DNA from: a virus
Direction: 5' to 3' (one strand)
DNA length: 64,000 nt
IMG/VR virus record: IMGVR_UViG_3300036828_000755
Location: 67,755-131,754 of that record
A program made the translations under genes and the position numbers. Positions within the stretch are counted from its first letter, which is position 1. Each line of letters starts with the position of its first letter. This document shows, piece after piece, positions 45,164 to 53,823 of the stretch. A model generated the notes under the pieces. That model had not been told where the DNA came from. It saw only the letters and a program-made list of their open reading frames with translations, and made no database searches.

Positions 45164-45847
45164 CTACTTATCCCTGTGGGGTGGGGTGGGGACCGGAACC
45201 CAGACCCAAACCCAGCCACCAAGCTGTTGGAAGTACGCCTCTGCCCAGAAGCCCTGGGTGGGACCACCGGGTTCCTCGGGTGGCAAGTTAATCGGGTTAT
45301 CGATCGAGCCAGTCTCACCGCCCGGGGGTTTTCCAGGAGGTGTCGGCCAAACTACTGGCGGCGGCTCAGGTGGAAGGACGATCGGGTGAGTCGGGATAGG
45401 GGGCTGGCCACCAGGCGCGATAGGGTGTGCCGGATAGCCGGGAGGCGGCCAAACACCTGGAGGCGGGCCACCGGGAGCGATCGGGTGTGCGGGATATCCC
45501 GGGCTTGGCCAAATTCCGGGAGGTGGACCACCGGGCGCGATCGGGTACGCGGGCCAGCCAGGTACGCCGAACCCAGGATCAACTGGGGGATTAGGGCCAC
45601 CGGGGGCGATCGGGTGTGCGGGATATCCCGGGCTTGGCCAAATTCCGGGAGGCGGGCCACCGGGGGCGATCGGGTGTGCGGGATATCCCGGGCTTGGCCA
45701 AATTCCGGGAGGTGGACCCCCTGGAGCAATTGGGTGCGCGGGCCAACCAGGCACGCCGAATCCCGGATCAACTGGGTTGTAGATAGGGTGTTCCGGCAAC
45801 CCCTCAGAAGAGTGGACGGGAACGATCCATGCGAGTATGGGCTTCAT
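45164..45847 (-). CDS. proline-rich tandem-repeat protein
   Basis: 20-aa repeat PGYPAHPIAPGGPPPGIWPS (60-nt DNA repeats at 45601-45720); SD AAGGAG. Confidence 0.75.
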   Translation of the reverse strand: MKPILAWIVPVHSSEGLPEHPIYNPVDPGFGVPGWPAHPIAPGGPPPGIWPSPGYPAHPIAPGGPPPGIWPSPGYPAHPIAPGGPNPPVDPGFGVPGWPAYPIAPGGPPPGIWPSPGYPAHPIAPGGPPPGVWPPPGYPAHPIAPGGQPPIPTHPIVLPPEPPPVVWPTPPGKPPGGETGSIDNPINLPPEEPGGPTQGFWAEAYFQQLGGWVWVWVPVPTPPHRDK

Positions 45848-45980
45848 GTGTTGGAGTTTCTCCTTACTGATGTGGAAATCCTTTACTACTTGGTGCTTCC
45901 ATAACCATTATATCACGCAAATTGTCCCGATGTTCTGAAATTATTTTTCAGATACATCAAATCATTCTCCCGAAAATTTT

Positions 45981-46020
45981 CCGACCACAGACAAAATGAC
46001 CGTGATATTATATCTTAGTG
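45981..46020 (+). promoter_or_regulatory. phage-class promoter, divergent from a minus-strand TATAAT at 45907-45912
   Basis: CCG-N22-TATTAT-ATCTTAGTG. Confidence 0.6.
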
Positions 46021-47493
46021 AGTAAAAGTCATCGGGAAAAAGACAAGTCAAAGTACGTGAGAATTGAGCGGGAAACATTGGAGGAGATCTCCAACTTCCT
46101 CTTCCAGCTCGGGAATCAGTTCGTCAAGGTAAAGAACGCTTCCGGGGCGTTCGATTGCTTCAAGTATTCCGTCGACCTCAACGACAAGAACCAGCCATCG
46201 GTCTTCAACATAGGCGTGATCTACAACCTGATGGGGAACCTTGAGGGAGCTCGGAGGATGTTCCTCGAAGCATCGAGGATGAGGGCGAACGATCTCCAGG
46301 CGAAACTCTCGCTAATCGAGGTCACGCGGAAACTCGGCCTGCTAGATGAGTCGAAGAATCTTCTTTCAATAGTCCAGGAACTTGACCCCGACAATTTCCA
46401 GGTGCTGTCGGCGATAGCGATCCTTGAGTACGATCAAGGGAACCTGGAAGCTTCCATGGTCTGGAACAACAAGGCATCCGAGGTAGAACCGAACGACAAC
46501 GCCCTGGTCCTCAACAAGGCCTTGATAGGGATGACGTTTGGCCGATGGGTGGAGAACTGGTCAACGTACGAGATGTGCTTGTCATATAAGAAAAACGAGA
46601 AGATGAAGAACCTGAGCCAGGAAAAATCCTGGGCTGGCCAAGAACAAGAAGGCAAGACCCTGCTCGTGATCTCCGACCAGGGATCCGGGGACGCGATCCA
46701 ATTCTCAAGGTACTTGGCAGAGGCCAAGGAACTAGGTAAGTTTGGCAAGCTCACCTACCTAGTTCAACCGGACCTCAAGGACATCCTGGGTAGGGTCCGC
46801 GGGGTAGACGAGGTCCTAGGACTTGGCGAGAACCTGAAAGCGGAGTATGATTCCTATTCTTCCCTCCTCGGAATTATGCGGGTACTGAAGATTTCCCCGG
46901 AAAACTGCAGTCGCCCACCGCACATAGTTACCGACTGTTTCCTCGACACGGTTTGGGAAGCAAGGATAGCTAGGTTGAGCAACGGAAGCCGAAAAAAGGT
47001 TGGCATAGCGTGGGCTGGCGACCCAAGGCACGGCAACGACCATGCCAGGTCATTCCCCCTGTCCCACTTCCTTAGGATCTCCAGGGGTAGCGAAAAATCC
47101 CCACCCGTACAGGGGGTTCAGCTGTTCTCGTTTCAAGTCGGTGGCGCGGTCAAGCAACTGGAAAAGTTCGAGGTTGACCCAGAACAAGAGGTGGTTGACC
47201 TCGGCTCCGAGTTCAAGAACTTCGATGATACGGCGTCTGCCATGGGACGCATGGACCTGGTGATAACGTGCGACACGGCCATCGCGCACTTGGCTGGCTG
47301 CGTAGGGATACCGACGTGGGTGTTGGTGCCGAACCCGCCAGAGTGGCGCTGGTTACGGGAAGGAACGAGCACCGTCTGGTACGACAGCGCCAAGGTATAC
47401 AGGCAAAAGAATCCCCGCAACTGGGACCAGGTCTTTGACGAGGTAGTCGAGGACCTACACCGATTCGTAAAGGAGAACGACCATGAGGTATGA
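46018..47493 (+). CDS. TPR + GT-B (GT9/heptosyltransferase-like) glycosyltransferase
   Basis: N-terminal TPRs; W.G.....KTLLV.SDQG.GD.IQF.RY; VGIAWAG.P.H.ND..RS; DLVITCDTAIAHLAG..G.PTWVL...W.W. Confidence 0.85.
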   Translation: MSKSHREKDKSKYVRIERETLEEISNFLFQLGNQFVKVKNASGAFDCFKYSVDLNDKNQPSVFNIGVIYNLMGNLEGARRMFLEASRMRANDLQAKLSLIEVTRKLGLLDESKNLLSIVQELDPDNFQVLSAIAILEYDQGNLEASMVWNNKASEVEPNDNALVLNKALIGMTFGRWVENWSTYEMCLSYKKNEKMKNLSQEKSWAGQEQEGKTLLVISDQGSGDAIQFSRYLAEAKELGKFGKLTYLVQPDLKDILGRVRGVDEVLGLGENLKAEYDSYSSLLGIMRVLKISPENCSRPPHIVTDCFLDTVWEARIARLSNGSRKKVGIAWAGDPRHGNDHARSFPLSHFLRISRGSEKSPPVQGVQLFSFQVGGAVKQLEKFEVDPEQEVVDLGSEFKNFDDTASAMGRMDLVITCDTAIAHLAGCVGIPTWVLVPNPPEWRWLREGTSTVWYDSAKVYRQKNPRNWDQVFDEVVEDLHRFVKENDHEV

Positions 47494-47701
47494 AGAAGAA
47501 GCAGTAGTAGACGAACTCTTCCTGAAGCCAGTCTCAGACGTCGAAGACGAGGACGACGAAGACGAGGAAGACCTCGAGGATGACGAGGAAGACGACGAGG
47601 AAGACGAGGAAGACGAGGAAGACGAGGAAGACGAGGAAGACGACGAGGACGACGACGAGGAGGACGACGAGGATGAGGATGGCGATGATGCCGACGAATA
47701 A
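47483..47701 (+). CDS. highly acidic small protein (poly-D/E)
   Basis: SD AAGGAG; C-terminal two-thirds almost entirely D/E. Confidence 0.65.
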   Translation: MRYEEEAVVDELFLKPVSDVEDEDDEDEEDLEDDEEDDEEDEEDEEDEEDEEDDEDDDEEDDEDEDGDDADE

Positions 47702-48245
47702 GGCCGTTTTCCTTGACCGCGATGGCACGATCGTTGGGGTGTTCCCAGGGAGGCCGGCGAACACGCCGGCAGAAATTAAGCTCCTCCCTGGGGCAGTCGA
47801 GGGCCTGAGAAAATTGAAGGACGCTGGCTACCTCCTGATAGTGATAACTAATCAGGGAGGTATTGCCATGGGTTACATGACGGAGGAGACACTGTTGAGC
47901 ATGCACAGGAAGTTGGACGAGCTCCTCATTGAAGAAGGTGGGCCGAAGATCGACGCCTACTACCACTGTCCGCACATGTTTGACGCGATATGCTTCTGCC
48001 GAAAACCAAAACCTGGCATGGTAAACCTTGCAGCAGTCGATCACGGGGTTGACTTGGCAAGGTCGTTCTTGGTCGGGGACAGCCTGAGCGACGTCCAAAC
48101 AGCCATAGCCGCTGGGATACCAAGGACGGTGATGGTGGTCTCGGACAGGTTCGACCCTAGCCATGGGGCAAACTATTCGTGCCTGAACTTGGTTCAAGCG
48201 GCCGAATTCATCATAGGCCAAGACCAGGGAATTCAACCTGAATGA
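47685..48245 (+). CDS. gmhB: GmhB-like HAD phosphatase (D,D-heptose-1,7-bisphosphate/histidinol-phosphate family)
   Basis: FLDRDGT, TNQ.G, CPH....C.CRKP.PGM, FLVGDSLSD. Confidence 0.85.
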   Translation: MMPTNKAVFLDRDGTIVGVFPGRPANTPAEIKLLPGAVEGLRKLKDAGYLLIVITNQGGIAMGYMTEETLLSMHRKLDELLIEEGGPKIDAYYHCPHMFDAICFCRKPKPGMVNLAAVDHGVDLARSFLVGDSLSDVQTAIAAGIPRTVMVVSDRFDPSHGANYSCLNLVQAAEFIIGQDQGIQPE

Positions 48246-49120
48246 AGATATTGAAGACTATCACGGTGATCGGGTCAAACAGGCCAGCGTACATGGCCAA
48301 GGCCTTGTCGAGCATCTCGGTGGCCCTGGCGGCCCTGGCACAGAACAAGCAACCGAGCTTCGACAGACTAATCATCTCGCTAGATTCTGATGCGTCTGGA
48401 AAACTCGACCACGCGACCATGGAACTGCGCGAAGGAGCTATGGACATCCTCTCGAGGGAAAACCTCGTAGAATGTTTCGCGTACACGACGCGCAGGAACA
48501 TGGGTTGTGGCGCACACCACTTAGCCGCCTTGGCGAATGTGTACGAGTACCATGGTTCGGACTTCAACGTACTCGTAGAAGATGACGCAAGACTTTCGCC
48601 AGATGCCCTGCACTTCGCTAACTGGTTCCAGGCCAACCACTGCGGCCCCTTCGCGGACTACCTCTTGGCCGCGATGTGCAACCACCTATCCTTCGGTAGA
48701 GGAGGTAACCCGGGGGGAATACCGGACAAGCCCTCGTTCGTGGCCGAGTCCCCGATAATCAACTCGCCGTTTGCCTGGTGCATGTCGAAGTACCAGTGGC
48801 CATTCGTGAAGTGTGCCTGGGAATCGAAGAGGGAGCCACCGCACGGGTGGGACTTCTCACTCTCGTACAACATGAGGTTAGCCAGGAAAAAGACGCTTCA
48901 CCCAGTAGTGTCGAGGTGCGCGAACATCGGGGAGTTCGGGGTTCACGAAACCCCAGAATCTTTTAGAAAGACGCAGTTGGGGGTCCTCATAAGCGACGGA
49001 AGTTACTTCGGAAATTTTGACGTTGTCCTCGAGGTCCCGCACCAGGATATGTACCACATCGATGATTGGATGTTGGCCGAGCACGGTAGAATGTTTCGAG
49101 GAATAGAAAAATGTCACTAG
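48242..49120 (+). CDS. GT-A fold glycosyltransferase
   Basis: NRP.Y....L.S N-terminus, LVEDD (DxD-like) motif, WD...SRC.NIG..G.H. Confidence 0.7.
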   Translation: MKILKTITVIGSNRPAYMAKALSSISVALAALAQNKQPSFDRLIISLDSDASGKLDHATMELREGAMDILSRENLVECFAYTTRRNMGCGAHHLAALANVYEYHGSDFNVLVEDDARLSPDALHFANWFQANHCGPFADYLLAAMCNHLSFGRGGNPGGIPDKPSFVAESPIINSPFAWCMSKYQWPFVKCAWESKREPPHGWDFSLSYNMRLARKKTLHPVVSRCANIGEFGVHETPESFRKTQLGVLISDGSYFGNFDVVLEVPHQDMYHIDDWMLAEHGRMFRGIEKCH

Positions 49121-49758
49121 AATACCTAAGGAAGTTGCACGCCGGGTTCTCGATCGCCATTGCAATGACGGAAATCATCCCGTGTGAAGCATCCGCTGAC
49201 GCGAAAGATATTGATTCCAGGTACCCGAAAAATGTCCTTGACGAGGGATTCCCAAATCCTTGGCACATCGGTACCTTAGGGGCTAACGGTTATCCTGAGC
49301 CGAACTACATCATACAGTCCGAACTTGAGATGTTGGTGTTCGCGTTCTCACTGGTTGTTCAGCTGAAACCACTGCTAGTCTTCGAGTCTGGCACTAACGT
49401 GGGACTCCTTGCAAGAGCCATGGGAGCGGGTTGTTGGGTCAATGGTTTTGGCACCGTGGTTACTTGCGAAACAGACAAGAGGTACTCAGATTACGCGACC
49501 AACATCTGTTCAGGGCTACCAATAAAGGTGCTAAATTGCCCGGCCCTCGATAGGCCAGAACTATCTGAAGCAGACCTAGTCTACGTAGACTCCTCCTACG
49601 AGTCCAGGGTTCAAGAAATTCTCCGGGTTAAGTCTGGGGCAACGTATGTGCTTCATGATACGTACGCCGAACGATGGCTCAGGGCCTGCACGAAAGATGA
49701 GTCAAGCATAATACACTTCGACGGACCGAGAGGCTACACTATGGTGAGAAAAGTATGA
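49111..49758 (+). CDS. class I SAM-dependent methyltransferase-like protein
   Basis: VFESGTN.G, VVTCE.D, DLVYVDS, VLHDT. Confidence 0.65.
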   Translation: MSLEYLRKLHAGFSIAIAMTEIIPCEASADAKDIDSRYPKNVLDEGFPNPWHIGTLGANGYPEPNYIIQSELEMLVFAFSLVVQLKPLLVFESGTNVGLLARAMGAGCWVNGFGTVVTCETDKRYSDYATNICSGLPIKVLNCPALDRPELSEADLVYVDSSYESRVQEILRVKSGATYVLHDTYAERWLRACTKDESSIIHFDGPRGYTMVRKV

Positions 49759-50105
49759 TGGAAGATAAACAGATCAAGGTAGAAAAACTGTGGGGCCACG
49801 AGGTCTGGCACCACAACGACAAGAACTATTGCATGAAGACGTTGTTCATGAGGCACGGCGTCAAGTCATCCATGCACATGCACAAGAAAAAGACCGAGAC
49901 GTTCTTGGTAATCTTGGGCATCGTCAAGCTCGAGTTTGAGAAAGGTGAGGTAGTCCTCCTTCACAAGGGGCAGGCATACACCATACCGCCGAACCAGTAT
50001 CATCGGTTCAGCGCTGCCACGCTAACAGCTACGGTAGTCGAGGCGTCGACATACCACGACGAATCGGACGTTTTTAGGATAGAGCCATCGAGGAAATTCA
50101 GGTGA
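49755..50105 (+). CDS. cupin (sugar isomerase/WxcM-lyxose isomerase-like)
   Basis: VEKLWG.E, SMHMHKKKTETF, IPP..YHRF, EAST.H..SD..R. Confidence 0.8.
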   Translation: MMEDKQIKVEKLWGHEVWHHNDKNYCMKTLFMRHGVKSSMHMHKKKTETFLVILGIVKLEFEKGEVVLLHKGQAYTIPPNQYHRFSAATLTATVVEASTYHDESDVFRIEPSRKFR

Positions 50106-50713
50106 CAGAACAAGACAAGGCAAAGAAGAGGAGGATTTTTGACCCCAGGTTCCGGAACAGGTGGTTCGTGGGGGATGGCATCGACATCGGTTGCGGCCCA
50201 GATCCCCTTAAGATGGAGGACTGGCCGAACGTGACACGGATCTGGCCATATGACAAGGACATCAGTCCACAGTGCGATGGCCAGTACCTAACCGACATCC
50301 CGAACGAGTCGTTCGACTTCGTACACAGCTCACATTGCCTGGAACACCTCCCAAACACCAGGGTGTCCTTGACTAACTGGATAAGGATCCTCAAGCCAGG
50401 GGGATTCGTCGTCTGCACTATCCCCGAGGAGGTGTTGTATGAGCAAGGGAAGTGGCCGTCGAGGTGGAACCCTGACCACAAGGTTAGTTTCACGATGAGG
50501 TCTCGCCCCGTCATACCGATGAGCATAAACATTGCCTCGATGCTGTGGAGGTTGCCGGTGGACCTGGAGCACCTCACGTTGCTCACGGACAAGTGGGACG
50601 TCACCAAGGTCGGCATGGACCAGACACTGGGGGAGGCCGAGTGCGCCATCGAGTTCGTGGTGAGGAAACCGTTCCCGGTTGACGTAGTCCCTCCCAAAGA
50701 AAAACTCGTGTAA
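50102..50713 (+). CDS. class I SAM-dependent methyltransferase (type 11-like)
   Basis: GIDIGCG.D, FDFVHSSHCLEHL, W.RILKPGG. Confidence 0.85.
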   Translation: MTEQDKAKKRRIFDPRFRNRWFVGDGIDIGCGPDPLKMEDWPNVTRIWPYDKDISPQCDGQYLTDIPNESFDFVHSSHCLEHLPNTRVSLTNWIRILKPGGFVVCTIPEEVLYEQGKWPSRWNPDHKVSFTMRSRPVIPMSINIASMLWRLPVDLEHLTLLTDKWDVTKVGMDQTLGEAECAIEFVVRKPFPVDVVPPKEKLV

Positions 50714-50719
50714 ATTTTA

Positions 50720-50759
50720 CCGAATGACCGGTGAAATTCTGTAGTAATATAGTCTTAGG
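50720..50759 (+). promoter_or_regulatory. phage-class promoter
   Basis: CCG-N22-TAATAT-AGTCTTAGG. Confidence 0.6.
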
Positions 50760-50771
50760 GAGAAATTACCC

Positions 50772-51164
50772 ATGTCAAAAGTAGCTGAAATCACGGTCCA
50801 ACCGACCCAGGACCCGAACGTCAAGGCCTATCACACCCGATACGAGATGGCCGAGACGGCTGAGGAAGGGTTTCGTGGGAGGGCCAACGAGATGGGGGAG
50901 TTTGGCAAGCTCTTCCTTCAGATTCGCGGGGTGATCCACGTGCACGTGAGCCCGTACGTTTTGCTCGTGACGAAGGCGCCACTTTTCGAGTGGGCTGAGA
51001 TCTCCCCCACGATCGAGGAAATACTGAAAAACTTCACGAGGAGTCAACGACTACTTAATGAAACTCTCACCGATGTTAGAGACGAGAAGCTTAGGATTCC
51101 TGGACCCTCAATTCAGGGAAAAACTCCAGCAACTCTTGGATCAGGCAAGGTCCCGACGGATTGA
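50772..51164 (+). CDS. Nfu/NifU N-terminal-like domain protein
   Basis: VQPT.DPN.K...LFLQI.GV.HV...YV.VTK....EW.EI...I.EIL. Confidence 0.65.
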   Translation: MSKVAEITVQPTQDPNVKAYHTRYEMAETAEEGFRGRANEMGEFGKLFLQIRGVIHVHVSPYVLLVTKAPLFEWAEISPTIEEILKNFTRSQRLLNETLTDVRDEKLRIPGPSIQGKTPATLGSGKVPTD

Positions 51165-51618
51165 GCTCGATCTCGGGACGACGGTAAGGGGTCCCGAACA
51201 ACAGGCAAAGCTCTGGTGTCGTTCCCACTCCGAAGACGAGGTAAGGAAGAGGAGGGGGATCCTGGTCCCTGGTGCCCCGAGGTTAGCTCCCCTACTAAGG
51301 GACGAGTACGCCGCGTTGGGTCCCCCGATGACCACGCACATGCCAGGCTTGTCCTGGCACCAGTGGGGAGAGGCCGCGGACGTCTATGTGTTAGTCGGTG
51401 GGGTAGCGGTCTGGGATGGTTCCCTGATGAAGACCGTGGCAAGCATAGCACAGGATGTAGGCCTAACACACTCCGCCTGGGTTGACAGGTGCGAGCCAAG
51501 GAGGCGACAGTGGCACGTGCAACTACGTAAGCACGACAACCCATTCATCTCGCAGGCGAAGGAGTCGTGGGATTGGCCCGCCATCGATGAGGAGATGGCT
51601 AGGAGATTCGACATTTAG
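51058..51618 (+). CDS. M15 family (L-Ala-D-Glu/endolysin-type) peptidase
   Basis: T.R..EQQ.KLW, PG.SWHQWG.AADV, HVQ; start may be 51073. Confidence 0.8.
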   Translation: MKLSPMLETRSLGFLDPQFREKLQQLLDQARSRRIELDLGTTVRGPEQQAKLWCRSHSEDEVRKRRGILVPGAPRLAPLLRDEYAALGPPMTTHMPGLSWHQWGEAADVYVLVGGVAVWDGSLMKTVASIAQDVGLTHSAWVDRCEPRRRQWHVQLRKHDNPFISQAKESWDWPAIDEEMARRFDI

Positions 51619-51636
51619 ACAAATCGGAACCATTAT

Positions 51637-51678
51637 CCGTTTGACCCGAAAAATTTTGTTTTACAATGGTCTTAGTGG
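51637..51678 (+). promoter_or_regulatory. phage-class promoter for the ncRNA array
   Basis: CCG-N22-TACAAT-GGTCTTAGTGG, followed by a GTGA-tetraloop hairpin 51675-51690. Confidence 0.7.
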
Positions 51679-51701
51679 TCGTGAGACCACGACATTTCAG
51701 C

Positions 51702-51830
51702 AATTCTCGGACACTGGCGTGCTTACACGACTAAAGCTCATCTGGTAGAGCGTCGGCCTTCCAAGCCGTAGGTTGGGGGTTCAAATCCCTCTAGTTGATC
51801 CAAAAACAGCACACCGACTCTTCGAGAATT
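51702..51830 (+). ncRNA. scaffolded RNA unit 1 (carries a tRNA-Gly-like body)
   Basis: AATTCTCG-GACACT-GGCGTGCT-TACACG...AGCACACC-GACTCTT-CGAGAATT. Confidence 0.75.
51727..51802 (+). tRNA. atypical tRNA-Gly(TCC)-like cloverleaf, 76 nt with encoded CCA
   Basis: D-arm GCTC/GAGC, anticodon TCC 51760-51762, T-loop TTCAAAT, U73-CCA. It has an A1:A72 mismatch, G3.U70 and lacks U8. Confidence 0.6.
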
Positions 51831-51837
51831 TCAAGCT

Positions 51838-51958
51838 TCCCGGACACTGGTAAACTTACACGTAGCTCACTTGGTAGAGCATTTGCCTATAGAGCAAAGG
51901 GTTGCTGGTTCGATCCCAGCCGTCCCCGCAAGGGGTCTAGTTTACCGACACTTCGGGA
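51838..51958 (+). ncRNA. scaffolded RNA unit 2 (D, anticodon ATA and T arms; acceptor stem replaced)
   Basis: TCCCG-GACACT-GGTAAACT-TACACG...AGTTTACC-GACACTT-CGGGA; GCAA-tetraloop hairpin after the T arm. Confidence 0.75.
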
Positions 51959-51972
51959 TTAAGTAATTGGTT

Positions 51973-52121
51973 TTGGGCGGTCACTAGTGTTCTTACACGG
52001 AAAATATCCGGCTTTGCCGCCGGATTACTTGGTTCGAGTCCAAGATCCCCCGCAGACAGTGCGAGGAAATTCGCAAGGTTTGCGGGGGATTTTAAATCTA
52101 GCACACTGACACATCGCCCAA
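51973..52121 (+). ncRNA. scaffolded RNA unit 3 (T-arm plus other helices)
   Basis: TTGGGCG-GTCACT-AGTGTTCT-TACACG...AGCACACT-GACACAT-CGCCCAA; CTTGG-TTCGAGT-CCAAG T-arm. Confidence 0.7.
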
Positions 52122-52131
52122 CACATGCATC

Positions 52132-52201
52132 TTTCGCGGACACTGGCTAACGTACACGCAAAACCATACTTCGCTTAAACGTTAACCGACACTTCGCGAA
52201 A
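52132..52201 (+). ncRNA. scaffolded RNA unit 4 (minimal, ~21-nt unstructured cargo)
   Basis: TTTCGCG-GACACT-GGCTAACG-TACACG...CGTTAACC-GACACTT-CGCGAAA. Confidence 0.75.
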
Positions 52202-52210
52202 CCTACCACA

Positions 52211-52240
52211 CTGCGGCCCCTGATGGGGCCGCAACTATTT
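52211..52240 (+). terminator. GC-rich hairpin closing the ncRNA array
   Basis: TGCGGCCCC-TGAT-GGGGCCGCA followed by ACTATTTT. Confidence 0.55.
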
Positions 52241-52268
52241 TAAGGCAAAAACAGAAAAGGCAAAGGAC

Positions 52269-53765
52269 ATGGACAAGGAACTAGGACTGACCCGCAACAG
52301 GGTATTCGGGGAACTCGTGAGGTCCCCGCACGGCAAGCTCGAGGAGTACCTACCAATAGGTAAGAAGGCCGCGAACGAGGACCCGGAATTCTTTGCCCAC
52401 CTCATTGCCTGGAACTCCACGAAGGGACAGGTCAGGGACGCCAAGGTAGCACTGCCATTGATCGCCATCGACTCCCTTGTGCCCTTGGCGGGAAACAAGC
52501 ATTCGTCAGGTATGGGCGAATTCAAGGACAACGCACTAGCGCACCTTGCAACCCTCTCTCCCAGGGACCTGATGCGGGGAGTGAGGTTCGCCAAGTCTGC
52601 CTCACTGGCAGGAAGGCGCCAGGCTATCCCCAAGTTGGTGAAGTCCTACTTGCTAGCCCTCGAGGCAAACAGGGGGAGGTGGGACCGTGCCGCGGTTCAG
52701 CACCGCAGGACCATGCAGGAGTTGTACGCGTTCTGCCACGTGAAGCCCAGCGAGTTCAGCAAGGCTATCCTGTTCGACGGGATCCGGCCCCCGGGTTCCA
52801 TCTTCGACATCATAGCCTCACTCAAGGAGATGACCCCGATCGAGGCGGCTGGGGTAGTCATCACGAAGAAGATACCGTTCTTGATAGCTGCACCGGCGCT
52901 CGGTGCCAAGCTCAAGGACAAGGATACCCTGGCCGCACTCATCGGCAGGATGACGCCGGCCGAGGTGACCAGCCACATGAAGATGTTGGAGAAGCTAGGC
53001 GTCAAGCACGACCCAACACTGAGGGGAGCGCTAGAATCGGCGCTCAACCGGGTGACTGCCGGCACGTCCAGCACGCTCAAGATGTCGAAGGCTGCCGAAG
53101 CACTGGGAGACGAGGAACTCAAGGAGAAGGTCCTGGCAACCCAGTCAAGGAAGCTTGACAAGTCAACCCTGGGAGGGAACTGGTTGATCGCCGCCGACCG
53201 TAGCGGGTCGATGTCGTTCTCGATAGAGATCGCGAAGCAAGTGGCGGCAATCCTCGCCAGGTTGGCTGGCGGGAACGTCCACCTCGTCTTCTTCAACAAC
53301 GCCCCCGAATACTACGACGTCACTAGGAAGTCGCTCGAGGAGATCAACAAGAAGTTGGTGAACGTCCGCGCACTCGGCGGAACCTCGATCGGCGTTGCAG
53401 CCAGGTACGCGGCAACGATGGCCCTCGAGGTAGACGGGGTCGCCATCATCTCGGATGGTGGAGAAAACGCCCCTCCCCTGTTCTCCCAAGCATACAGGGA
53501 GTTGGTCGCCAAGCTAGGGAAGGAGGTTCCCGTGTACCTCTACAAGGTGCAGGGGGACCCCGACACCATGACGGGGGATTGCAGGATGCAAGGGATCGAG
53601 GTGCACGAGTTCCAGGTTTCGTCGTCTACCGACTACTACTCGCTCGAGACCCTTGCAAAGACGATGAGGACGAACCAGTACAGCCTCGTGGACGAGATCA
53701 TGGAGACGCCGCTCCTGACAGTGTCCCAGGTCTTGTCCCGTGGCGGGGAGGTGAGGCGTGCATAG
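52269..53765 (+). CDS. Ro60/TROVE-like helical domain + vWA protein
   Basis: 498 aa. Helical N-terminal ~290 aa (DPEFFAHL..W...Q.RD), vWA MIDAS DRSGSM, GGT, ISDGGEN. The vWA call is secure; the TROVE call rests on architecture and context. Confidence 0.7.
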   Translation: MDKELGLTRNRVFGELVRSPHGKLEEYLPIGKKAANEDPEFFAHLIAWNSTKGQVRDAKVALPLIAIDSLVPLAGNKHSSGMGEFKDNALAHLATLSPRDLMRGVRFAKSASLAGRRQAIPKLVKSYLLALEANRGRWDRAAVQHRRTMQELYAFCHVKPSEFSKAILFDGIRPPGSIFDIIASLKEMTPIEAAGVVITKKIPFLIAAPALGAKLKDKDTLAALIGRMTPAEVTSHMKMLEKLGVKHDPTLRGALESALNRVTAGTSSTLKMSKAAEALGDEELKEKVLATQSRKLDKSTLGGNWLIAADRSGSMSFSIEIAKQVAAILARLAGGNVHLVFFNNAPEYYDVTRKSLEEINKKLVNVRALGGTSIGVAARYAATMALEVDGVAIISDGGENAPPLFSQAYRELVAKLGKEVPVYLYKVQGDPDTMTGDCRMQGIEVHEFQVSSSTDYYSLETLAKTMRTNQYSLVDEIMETPLLTVSQVLSRGGEVRRA

Positions 53766-53823
53766 CAGGGATCCCCGAAACACGAGGGTAGGAGAACCGA
53801 ATTCCCAAGAAAGGAGAAAACCA

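Noticed and set aside
45176-45904. Plus-strand Arg/Gly repeat ORF
   Set aside because: It is antisense to the Pro-rich gene, which has the SD and the promoter.
47580-47684. TRKT-repeat N-terminal extension of GmhB
   Set aside because: It is the alternative-frame shadow of the poly-D/E gene. The real start is near 47685.
51855-51927. Functional tRNA-Tyr(ATA)
   Set aside because: Only 3 bp of acceptor stem and no CCA. Treated as the cargo of scaffold unit 2.
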